Virus record (IMG/VR): IMGVR_UViG_3300042389_000736
Location: 1 to 64,000 of that record
Strand: one strand, 5' to 3'
Source: an uncultured virus (IMG/VR IMGVR_UViG_3300042389_000736)
Lineage: Duplodnaviria; Heunggongvirae; Uroviricota; Caudoviricetes
Length of the DNA: 64,000 nt
In this document: piece by piece, positions 29,801-36,901 of the stretch
Layout of the letters: each line of letters begins with the position of its first letter
How positions within the stretch are numbered: the stretch's first letter is position 1
Translations under genes and position numbers: made by a program
The notes under the pieces: model-generated
Database searches by the model: none
Told to the model about the DNA's origin: nothing
What the model saw: the letters and a program-made list of their open reading frames with translations, nothing else

Positions 29801-30923
29801 CGGTACCGGTCTCGACAAGACCATCTCCCAGCTCATCGGGCAAGATTTTGCCTGGAAGGCGGCGGAGGACGGCGAGATCGTCAAGATCGACCAGCGGAAC
29901 AAGCTCGTCTTCGTGAAGTACAAGACCGGGCAGACTACCGCGATCGACGTCAGCGACAAGCCCGCCAAGAACTCTTCTTCCGGCTTCTGGATCAAGAACA
30001 AGCTCGAACTCATCGATGGCCTGAAGGTCGGCTCCAAGTTCAAAAAGGGTCAGACCCTAGCTACTAACCGCAGCTTCTTCCGGCAGGACATGGACGGATC
30101 CCACGGATTTGCCCCCGGAAGGCTCACGAAAGTGGCGATGATGTGCCTCCCAACCACTTACGAAGACTCCGCCCCTGTCATCGAAAAAGTGGCAAAGGAG
30201 ATGGCTTCCGACATCATCACCGAGAAGCAGGTGGCGCTGAAAGAGAACTCCAAGATCATCAAGATCGCCAGCGAAGGCCAGAAGCTCAACGTCAACGACC
30301 CCCTCATCATCTTCGAGGAGATCGGCGACAGCGAGAAGGATGCCCTGAGCGCGATCGAGAAGGCGGCTAAAGCTGCCGAGGGAGACGAGGACTTGGAGCA
30401 CCTCGGAAGAAACATCATCAAGTCGAAGTACTCCGGTACGATCACCAACGTCAAAGTCTACTACAACTGCGACTTGGAGTCCGACGCGATCCACCCGACT
30501 CTGAAGGAGTACGTCAAGGGGTACATCTCCAAGGTGAAGTCCCGCTCCGACGCTCTGAAGGGTAACAAGGAGGACGACCTGATCGAGATGCCGTCCATCG
30601 AGCGCATCGACTCTGACAAGATCCTCGGCAACGAGATGTCTGGCGTCCTGATCGTGTTCTACATCGCACACGAGGAGAAGATGGACGTTGGCAACAAGCT
30701 GGCATTCTTCTCAGCCTGTAAAGGGATCGTCTCGGAAGTCATTCCTGACGACTTGGCTCCTCTGACGGAGTACCGAGAGGAAGAGCCTATCGAGGCGGTC
30801 GTCTCTCCGATGTCTTTGATCTCTCGTAACACTCCTGACCTTCCGCTCATGGGGTTCTCCAACAAGGTGATCCTTGAGCTGAAGAAGCAGTGTATCGAAG
30901 AGCTCTTCGGCGACAAGAAGTAA
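26808..30923 (+). CDS. RNA polymerase beta subunit, large N-terminal fragment (probably virion RNAP)
   Basis: DGFLYINGNKKFIAKQ, EIRSYDPSMIG...SPVSGEIG, HSDPMRTGMATTQ, YEDS, VGNKL......KG and SPMSLISR match RpoB conserved regions. Confidence 0.9.
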   Translation: MMVSMEKIIPNKIYFSSSLQINVEKEGKYILTSTDPEDPQRLKSLTDSMKFVPQGKMYLYFPEMLLNPATLASISSTKERNDFFKDIAEINLGHQATKVMKLSDLSQEQKSDNHPLVVNVGGYFSKLDSYISVHKKTPQQKYAYLKLVLKKILADTARDIPEGKKTLVVDIQGNSPRIDPVLFTIVYGLKKDFEGCSGIFSGVDVILVDPDHNLFVKLNLTDRKKAIQSVNLSAKMAALSKSFDPKKVITDKDVQVGDTVVSDDAEVIGSTEETPIDKTGEVTNQEAAKASEQTKEEADHTDVDGVSRVEDLDLSEIMATDTSAEFDRLEKENAEFVAKFKPQQDKAFGDVQKREEDFVLHVESAKDDAVLNPSIKTAKTVALTNSYHKNLFRKDVASLLQSLNNDSEFPAVVISHEMKDSSDPLNLKDELSVVFMDKQGKKHNFTVDVPKLSSDGFLYINGNKKFIAKQTTLLPLIKEAPDRVQITTSYSKTFLYRKGDKTNPMIDRIFKTLIGKSYTGVKPMYGNSFASNIKYGVSIPYNYLSKRLFTLSFDLGAKASLDFHFSQKRIRSVMEDAGMSIPEGKLPVALRMMNGKIDAVYFEDASTRKVEQVSGKTVMKTYQNLQDLLVETIRNYKNTDVLKAFEATNAGKAYSYTDIKLAGTSVPLGILVSFYQGLLPALDGYGIKYTVSAEKRRAAENETLIQFKDMNVYLNLEGDTAKELFANGLYFLNTKEFSYRDAERRGSVFIEYFGEAIGSRNIAKAYINFETSMIDPITKEILIDLKLPTEFVPLLYKANDMLAGYSHKRKNDMTNFRVRDSEVLSVAIYDVLMKSFNEYKRTVKTGVVTPISAPKDAVVKKVQALPNVEDYSVLSPFLEMELKSKTTFKGPSGLNSSDAYTAEIRSYDPSMIGLFGIFSPVSGEIGVNRSLVLNPKIRNNRGYLDHPDVDSMNMDNLFASGELLNLFSANHSDPMRTGMATTQGKHIVSTKVQHNYLIGTGLDKTISQLIGQDFAWKAAEDGEIVKIDQRNKLVFVKYKTGQTTAIDVSDKPAKNSSSGFWIKNKLELIDGLKVGSKFKKGQTLATNRSFFRQDMDGSHGFAPGRLTKVAMMCLPTTYEDSAPVIEKVAKEMASDIITEKQVALKENSKIIKIASEGQKLNVNDPLIIFEEIGDSEKDALSAIEKAAKAAEGDEDLEHLGRNIIKSKYSGTITNVKVYYNCDLESDAIHPTLKEYVKGYISKVKSRSDALKGNKEDDLIEMPSIERIDSDKILGNEMSGVLIVFYIAHEEKMDVGNKLAFFSACKGIVSEVIPDDLAPLTEYREEEPIEAVVSPMSLISRNTPDLPLMGFSNKVILELKKQCIEELFGDKK

Positions 30924-30927
30924 CGAG

Positions 30928-30978
30928 GTGTGGGTAATGGTCGAAATGACCATTACCCACATCACATTTTTCATTTTT
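30928..30978 (+). terminator. intrinsic terminator after RNAP beta
   Basis: TGTGGGTAATGGTC-GAAAT-GACCATTACCCACA followed by T tracts. Confidence 0.85.
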
Positions 30979-31022
30979 AGTACTCCTGACTGCCACAACT
31001 CAGTGATAGAAAGGAGTCCACG

Positions 31023-31229
31023 ATGAACAGAAACAACATGCTCAAGGCGATGATGCTGACCGCGCTAGTGGTCAGAAGAAACCAAGCAGAGGACGATCTC
31101 TGCCAAGCAGTCGCCGGTACCAGAATCCAAATCGGAGGAAACAAAAGACAAGTTTCCGACGGCAACACATTCAAGTTCAATCTTCCTTTCGAGAAGGGAA
31201 GAAGGACGCCGAAATGCAAGAAAAATTAA
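31023..31229 (+). CDS. small basic protein with FKFNLxFEKG motif
   Basis: 68 aa, strong AAAGGAG RBS, AACT-N6-TAG at 30997-31009, followed by a terminator. Confidence 0.65.
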   Translation: MNRNNMLKAMMLTALVVRRNQAEDDLCQAVAGTRIQIGGNKRQVSDGNTFKFNLPFEKGRRTPKCKKN

Positions 31230-31233
31230 TGAT

Positions 31234-31379
31234 AACCCCTACTGCCACATAGCAGTAGGGGTCTTTCATCGTTTCGAGGTTATCACACTTCCGGACGCTA
31301 ATCTTGTCCTTACCAGTTCGGGGTCCACCTAGCATATCGGTTGCTAGTGCTACTACCTCCACCTGAATTGTGCCTCAGT
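31234..31379 (-). ncRNA. candidate late structured small RNA (~145 nt)
   Basis: AACA-TATCTA-TAC at 31378-31390(-); stems GAGGU/ACCUC, CUAGCA/UGCUAG, GGAC/GUCC; ends at the ACCCCTACTGC/GCAGTAGGGGT hairpin. Confidence 0.4.
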
Positions 31380-31388
31380 ATAGATATG

Positions 31389-31937
31389 TTAGTATTTTCG
31401 GCTGTCGTAAGCCCACTGTAGCAGGGCCTGACGCTGTACGGGACGGCAAGTGGCATCCCCTTTCTTGCAGTTCTTGGTGAGCTGCGCCTTGTGCCTCACA
31501 AAAGACTTCCAGCGGGCGCACTGTTTTGCATCGACCTTCTCGTCGCGGCGTCCCATGTACGCCCGACAATACCACTGGAACCATCCGCGAGGGTCGTCGC
31601 CCACGATCCACCCTTGCTTCCTCCAGTGCGACAGCGGCTTTCTGGATTTCACCTTGAAGTAGTTCAGCTCAGGATCAGCATCTCCGCCATCCTTCACCAC
31701 CTTGGCACCACTGAACCAAGAAGAGGGGAACTCTCCGTGGCAATCGTTGAGGTACTTACCTTCGAAGACACCGAGAGCCAGCATCTCTTTTGGAGTCAGC
31801 TCAGGGTCGAAGCCATATTTCTCCTTCAAGTCAGAGAGGTCGCCTTCCTTGACAGTCAGCTCATAAGAGTAACCCTTCTGCATCTTGTCGCTAACCTTGA
31901 CGGTCTTTCGTTTACCTTCAAGAAGAATGAATTTCAT
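31389..31937 (-). CDS. conserved uncharacterised Trp/Arg-rich protein
   Basis: F.PELTPKEML.LGVF.G.Y, DPRGWFQWYCR.YMGRR and RQALLQWAY motifs of a widespread family of unknown function. Confidence 0.75.
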   Translation of the reverse strand: MKFILLEGKRKTVKVSDKMQKGYSYELTVKEGDLSDLKEKYGFDPELTPKEMLALGVFEGKYLNDCHGEFPSSWFSGAKVVKDGGDADPELNYFKVKSRKPLSHWRKQGWIVGDDPRGWFQWYCRAYMGRRDEKVDAKQCARWKSFVRHKAQLTKNCKKGDATCRPVQRQALLQWAYDSRKY

Positions 31938-32000
31938 GTTTTCCCCAAGAAAAAAGTACACACTAAGGAAAAGTTAGAGGGGCGCAGAGGCCCCTCCTCC

Positions 32001-32666
32001 TTACTTCCGATGACGGAAGGAAACCCGCTTGTCGAAGCCGTGCTGCACCAGCCGGTCTGTATCCGAGATCTTCACAGGCGGGTCCATGTCCGGAGACGGA
32101 TAGATCACGTTGCCCATGAAGTAAGAAATCTCTTGGTACAGAGAGTTCTGATCGATGATCTTAGAGACCCCGAGCTCCGACAAGACAGGCATCTTGTTAG
32201 AGATTCGGAATTGAGTCTTCCGGTTCCCGTAATTGACTTGGATGCTACTCACCCGAAAGATGGGCTGCTTCAAGATACGGCTGAGTTCAACCAGCATTGG
32301 ATGCGTCCCTCCGTCGAAGAAGCGCATGTCGAGCTCTCTCAGAAAGTACTTGGATCTTACGAATCTGATCGACTCGTCAGTAGTGAGTACTCTCACTTCG
32401 TCTGGAAGACCGGAGCCGAACTCGGCCTGCTTGATCTTCATGAGATGAGGCTTCCCGCAGATCGACAGCAGCTCGGTCCGAGTCCTCGAATGGAAGTCGC
32501 TGTGGGTCGAGAGGGGGAAGTTTCCGTTCATCTCAATTTGGATGTCGCGATAGTCCGGTTCCTCCAGCTTGATGAGCGCCGGTCGTTCGTAGACCACCTT
32601 CGGGTCGATCCCGTAGACGTTCGAAATGTGGTCGTAGTAGTCTCTGAATTTGGAGATGATTCTCAT
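32001..32666 (-). CDS. conserved phage hypothetical protein
   Basis: MRIISKFRDYYD start and HGFDKRVSFRH end, a common phage hypothetical pattern. Confidence 0.75.
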   Translation of the reverse strand: MRIISKFRDYYDHISNVYGIDPKVVYERPALIKLEEPDYRDIQIEMNGNFPLSTHSDFHSRTRTELLSICGKPHLMKIKQAEFGSGLPDEVRVLTTDESIRFVRSKYFLRELDMRFFDGGTHPMLVELSRILKQPIFRVSSIQVNYGNRKTQFRISNKMPVLSELGVSKIIDQNSLYQEISYFMGNVIYPSPDMDPPVKISDTDRLVQHGFDKRVSFRHRK

Positions 32667-32905
32667 TGCTTCTTCCTCACAATCTTGTAGTCGTTCGGAG
32701 CGTACTTGTTGTACAGCTCATCGGCTTCCTCTTGTCCGACCAGCGCAGTGTACTTCTTCATCAAACCGCTGATCTTGTCTGCGTGAGCTTGACCTCGACG
32801 CCATGTGCCGCCGTCATCGCTGTAGTTGTAGTACCAGTCATGCCGAGACAGGCTCTCTTCGAGTTCTTTCCTGACCAGCAGGACATCATCTTTCTCGTTG
32901 CTCAT
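32663..32905 (-). CDS. small hypothetical protein
   Basis: HDWYYNYSDDG..WRRG motif; AAGGA RBS before ATG 32905. Confidence 0.7.
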   Translation of the reverse strand: MSNEKDDVLLVRKELEESLSRHDWYYNYSDDGGTWRRGQAHADKISGLMKKYTALVGQEEADELYNKYAPNDYKIVRKKQ

Positions 32906-33311
32906 TTCTCTTCCTTTCAACATAGGACTTTAGGACTCCGTCCGTCGGTTCAAAGTCCATCTTTCCCTCTACGAAAATCCGGTACGACTCTAGGGCATAC
33001 CAGCCGATTCCATGCATCTTGCTCAGTTCGTCTATGCTTGACGGCGGATTGGCTACCCACTCCGCAGCTAGGCGGATTATCATTTTCGATCGCCGGTTCA
33101 TCAATCCTAGCGACCTGATCGTCTCCACCATCTTCGGCAGGTCTTCTTCCTTCACACATTTGGGAGTAGGCCAATGTCGGAAGAACTCATCTACTACGCT
33201 CTTTACCTGCTCACCAGTGGTCCTGTTCAACAGGATGCTACTGATGACTACCCGCCAAGCATCGCCGTGATAACTCTCTTGAACTAACTTGTATTCGGTA
33301 TTGCGTCGCAT
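32886..33311 (-). CDS. MBD4-like HhH-GPD mismatch DNA glycosylase
   Basis: DAWRVVISSILLNRTTG, LGLMNRR, HGIGWYALESYRIF and EPTD..L..Y parallel MBD4 DPWKLLIATIFLNRTSG, LGLYDLR, HGIGKYGNDSYRIF and PEDHKL..Y; AAGGAGG RBS. Confidence 0.85.
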   Translation of the reverse strand: MRRNTEYKLVQESYHGDAWRVVISSILLNRTTGEQVKSVVDEFFRHWPTPKCVKEEDLPKMVETIRSLGLMNRRSKMIIRLAAEWVANPPSSIDELSKMHGIGWYALESYRIFVEGKMDFEPTDGVLKSYVERKRNEQRER

Positions 33312-33424
33312 GGTTGTCCTCCTTACCATATGACACCGCATCTCTCGGCGTTATCCTTCCGCCACGCTAATGATATATCAAGAAAAAAAGATTCGAGCGA
33401 ACTCGAATCTTTTCTCCTGCATCC

Positions 33425-33562
33425 TTACCACTGGAACCACCACTGGCAGAAAGAGTATGTAAATGCCGAGAAGGTGACAATGGAAACACCGATCGTCATG
33501 CGGGTGTTGAAACGTTCGGTTTCAGCCTCGCGACGGGGGCTGTAAGAGTAGTGGACGTTCAT
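33425..33562 (-). CDS. 45-aa single-TM peptide (below the ORF track cutoff)
   Basis: MNVHYSYSPRREAETERFNTRMTIGVSIVTFSAFTYSFCQWWFQW; GGAG RBS; terminator at 33385-33412 downstream. Confidence 0.5.
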   Translation of the reverse strand: MNVHYSYSPRREAETERFNTRMTIGVSIVTFSAFTYSFCQWWFQW

Positions 33563-33665
33563 TTCGGTTCTCCAATTAGAAGGTTGATATCACAAGAATT
33601 ATATCTGCCGGACTGGGTTGCAGATACGGGAACACAGAAATAGCTAACTTACAAGGAGAGCTGTA

Positions 33666-34025
33666 ATGGAAAAAATCATCATTCTTCTCATGCAATCTCG
33701 TACCCTTGTCCACACGTACCACCTGAAGGCGAAGAATCTTGCTCCTCATCTGGCACTCGACGAGCTGTACAACGCGCTGACCGACCACATCGACGATCTC
33801 ACCGAAGTGTATCAGGGCTTCGCGGAGCGTCTGCTCGATCTGAATTCCTATCCGGGTTTCACCGTAGACGACGACCCTCTCGGCCAAGTGAGAGAGATCG
33901 CCAGTGCCATCGAATCGATGAGAAACCAAATCACCCCCAACTGTTCGACGATCCAGAACATGATCGACGAAGCACTTCAGACTCTGTACAAGACCAAGTA
34001 CAAGCTGATGTTCCTGCCGATCTAA
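33666..34025 (+). CDS. ferritin/Dps-like four-helix protein
   Basis: H..H......HLALDELY......DDLTEVYQG ferroxidase-like motif; late promoter at 33631. Confidence 0.75.
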   Translation: MEKIIILLMQSRTLVHTYHLKAKNLAPHLALDELYNALTDHIDDLTEVYQGFAERLLDLNSYPGFTVDDDPLGQVREIASAIESMRNQITPNCSTIQNMIDEALQTLYKTKYKLMFLPI

Positions 34026-34063
34026 GAAAAAAAAAGAACCCTACCGCGATGGTAGGGTTCTTT
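34025..34063. terminator. bidirectional intrinsic terminator
   Basis: A9-GAACCCTACC-GCGAT-GGTAGGGTTCTTT between convergent genes. Confidence 0.85.
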
Positions 34064-34078
34064 CACGCTCTATAGGAG

Positions 34079-34417
34079 CTACGACGCCGCAAGCGCCTGT
34101 CGGTCGTTCTTGAGAACTTCCCGGAGCGCATTGGCGATGTCGGTCGGGCTGACTTGTTGGGCGGGGCGCGGTTCTTGAGTCTGCTCCCAAGGCATTCCAC
34201 GAGTCAGATCCTCGTAAACCTTGTTGATGCCAGTCTCATTGACGAAAGCATACGCTTCGTCGACCGAATTAAATTGTCGCGGTTCCACCGTCCCATCTTC
34301 CTTCTTCATCTTTACCACCGTCCAGGTTGCGAAAACCACGAAGTGATTCTTCATGAATTCGATTACCCAGTGACCGTTTTGATGGTCGAAGGTGATGCGG
34401 AAAGCGCGATTCTTCAT
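34079..34417 (-). CDS. hypothetical protein (early)
   Basis: 112 aa, AAGGAG RBS, ATATATNAT at 34465-34473. Confidence 0.7.
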   Translation of the reverse strand: MKNRAFRITFDHQNGHWVIEFMKNHFVVFATWTVVKMKKEDGTVEPRQFNSVDEAYAFVNETGINKVYEDLTRGMPWEQTQEPRPAQQVSPTDIANALREVLKNDRQALAAS

Positions 34418-34538
34418 TTGAAACTCCTTGCAAAGATACGGTAATCCGGATGGCTACCACGAAAATTATATATCACTGTTGGGAGCTTACTTCCGGTACG
34501 GCAACAACACCTTAGACCTCATAATAAAAGGAAGAACC

Positions 34539-35090
34539 ATGCATAAAGAGCGGACGTTCTCCGAGACTTCACTTGAGCTAGCCGACGAGCTCATGAAAGA
34601 GCTCGGAGTCAAAGACAAGGACGTGCGGCTCATCGATCAGGCGATTGATGAGTGGCAGAACGAGAAGAACTACACGAAGATATCCCTGACATACTACGGA
34701 GAGCCGAAGGCTCAGGCCCGTCCGAGGTCTTCCAGTCAGCACGGCGGGTTCTTCTATGATCCGAGTAAGAGCCTCAAGCAATGGGTGCTCTCTCAGATCG
34801 TGGCGCAGCTCCCGCCCAATTTCAAGCCCATCGATCGATCCATCGAGGTCACGCTGCGCTTCTACCGGACTATGCCAAAGGGCGGATCCAAGAAGGACAA
34901 GATCCTGATGGAGCTCGGAGTCATCCAGCCTTGCGGTCGTCCCGACATCGACAACTTCATCAAACTCGTTCAAGACGCGCTGAACAAGACGCTGTATACG
35001 GACGACTCCAACATAGTCACGCTGTACGCCGAGAAGTTCTATTCCTGCAAGCCCAGAGTGGAACTTGACATCAAATTCCGTAAAGCCTAA
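34539..35090 (+). CDS. rusA: RusA-family Holliday junction resolvase
   Basis: GEPKAQARPR, RPDIDNFIKLVQDALN..YTDDSNIV, KFYS..PRVE. Confidence 0.88.
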   Translation: MHKERTFSETSLELADELMKELGVKDKDVRLIDQAIDEWQNEKNYTKISLTYYGEPKAQARPRSSSQHGGFFYDPSKSLKQWVLSQIVAQLPPNFKPIDRSIEVTLRFYRTMPKGGSKKDKILMELGVIQPCGRPDIDNFIKLVQDALNKTLYTDDSNIVTLYAEKFYSCKPRVELDIKFRKA

Positions 35091-35103
35091 GAAACAACTT
35101 GTT

Positions 35104-35185
35104 AGTGTGGGACAGTTGTTCTGCACTTGCATCATGCTTTGTCCTTTCTTTTCCCCTAACCCTTTGCCGGGTTAGGGGTCTTTTT
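35104..35185 (+). ncRNA. candidate late small RNA (~82 nt) with an anti-SD seed
   Basis: Promoter AACA-ACTTGT-TAG at 35093-35105; 10-bp hairpin from +1; pyrimidine linker UUUGUCCUUUCUUUU; terminator CCCCTAACCC/GGGTTAGGGG-TCTTTTT. Confidence 0.55.
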
Positions 35186-35228
35186 ACTTCGAAGGACATC
35201 TGTATAGACCAAATAATCGGAGCTAGAA

Positions 35229-36647
35229 ATGCCGACCAACAACGTATACATTCGAGATCTTCCTTACGAGTTCTTGAAGTCAAAGGGAGATGCTTTCCTA
35301 GATTCCGCAAGCCTGACGAATCACGAGAGCATCTTCATAGGAACAAAGGCAAGTGCGCCGCTGATGGCAGCTCCCAAGACGAAGGAGGAGATTCCAGACG
35401 TCGTGCTGAAAAGCCTCAGAGAGCTGATCGTCAGAAAGTACACCGACAACACTTCATTCACGAAGGTGGAAGAAGACACTCTGCTGATGTCGTACTACTA
35501 CCTGCAGTCCAAGGCCATCCTCGCCAACGACTTCAAGAAGGAAAAGAAGAAGCTCCATCCGGTGACAAACAAGGCATCGAACTTCAAGACCGGAGAGCCA
35601 CCACTGATGCTTCGCCGGGTGCTGGAGAACCCTCTGGTGAAGAAGCTTCGGAAAGGGTACACCGCTTCGCCAGACAAGAGCAGCCTCAAGCTCCGCCCGG
35701 AGAAGACGGGAAAATCCGTCAAGGATATCATCAAGTCCAGCAAGTTCTACCAAGAGACGGCGAGCTCTCTGGTGTACGACGACGTCCAATACGCCGCGCA
35801 CGTCATGAATGAGGCGATCAGGAACGCTGGAGTCCAAGGGAGCTTCCCCGCGTGGGTTTACGAGATTCCATCTGGTAGCGCCCAGCAATCGACGGAGTAC
35901 AAGTTCAAGTACGAAAACGTCGCAGAGATGGTGAAGTTGGTCCGCAGTTTGATCGAAGACAAGTACAACTTCGGCTTCCAGACGATGACTCAGGGGAATA
36001 TCGACACCGCTGAGATCCTGAAGGAGTCGATGCTCGCTAGACTTCGGAGTCCAAGCGCCGACCCGGCGTACGTCTTCCTGAAGTTCGAGACCACCGGAAA
36101 CGACCCGATCGGCGGGACGTACAACTTCAGAGTGCAGGACTTCTCGTCTGACAGGTATTTCTTGGCGGGGGTGCTGAACTACTCCTCTCTTGAGATCGAC
36201 CTGAACCCTCGTCTGAGCCAGGACACGGTTAATTCCACCCTGAGATTCTCGCCGAGAGCCGGTGACGCGTCTGTCTGCGTCCTTCTAGGCAAGGACAGAA
36301 CTCCATTCCGCATTTCAGGAATGGATAAGAAGCTCTTCAACATCGACACGTTCACCGTCGATGAGGCAATGAACACTTGGACGATCGACTTCGACGGTGC
36401 TGATGATAACTTCGTCTTCCAAGTCGAGTCGAACGGCAGCATCGTCACACCGACTTCCGCCCGCCTGCTCTCCGACTCAAGGATCGAACTGCGCTTCAGG
36501 ACTGCTGTTAGCGGGAAGCTGTTCATTCTCTCTTGCGCTAAGAACTGGCCGAACGACGCGATGCTAGTGGTCACTGAGGAGAATGTCGAACGGATCCTTG
36601 CAACCACGAATTTCCACAAGAAGGTGTACAGGAAATGGATACAGTAG
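35229..36647 (+). CDS. probable virion structural protein
   Basis: 472 aa; GACA-N6-TAG promoter at 35195; C-terminal NTWTI...IELRFRTAVSG beta domain resembling tail/baseplate proteins. Confidence 0.6.
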   Translation: MPTNNVYIRDLPYEFLKSKGDAFLDSASLTNHESIFIGTKASAPLMAAPKTKEEIPDVVLKSLRELIVRKYTDNTSFTKVEEDTLLMSYYYLQSKAILANDFKKEKKKLHPVTNKASNFKTGEPPLMLRRVLENPLVKKLRKGYTASPDKSSLKLRPEKTGKSVKDIIKSSKFYQETASSLVYDDVQYAAHVMNEAIRNAGVQGSFPAWVYEIPSGSAQQSTEYKFKYENVAEMVKLVRSLIEDKYNFGFQTMTQGNIDTAEILKESMLARLRSPSADPAYVFLKFETTGNDPIGGTYNFRVQDFSSDRYFLAGVLNYSSLEIDLNPRLSQDTVNSTLRFSPRAGDASVCVLLGKDRTPFRISGMDKKLFNIDTFTVDEAMNTWTIDFDGADDNFVFQVESNGSIVTPTSARLLSDSRIELRFRTAVSGKLFILSCAKNWPNDAMLVVTEENVERILATTNFHKKVYRKWIQ

Positions 36648-36901
36648 TCACTGTGGCGAAGATGAAGGCAGATATCGCAAAGAGCGTAGCCAAGAACCTC
36701 GCCGTCAACTCAATAGAAGCTCTCGGGTCAATTCTAGAGGGTAAGAAAGACTCCGGTCTGGATGCCAAACTTGAGAAGAGATACGCCGCGATGCGGCTCA
36801 AGCTCTTCCTCAAGTACACGATGATCGACTACGAAGTTCTCGCATCCAGAGTGCAGCGGAACGACGTCTACGCCGAGCTCATGGAAGGATCCAAGCTATG
36901 A
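36635..36901 (+). CDS. small hypothetical protein
   Basis: 88 aa, overlaps both neighbours in the operon. Confidence 0.6.
   Translation: MDTVVTVAKMKADIAKSVAKNLAVNSIEALGSILEGKKDSGLDAKLEKRYAAMRLKLFLKYTMIDYEVLASRVQRNDVYAELMEGSKL

Noticed and set aside
31285..31325. Hammerhead-like CUGGUAA-GGAC...GUCC-GGAA on the minus strand
   Set aside because: Deviates from the CUGANGA/GAAA core at essential positions, and stems I/III are not evident
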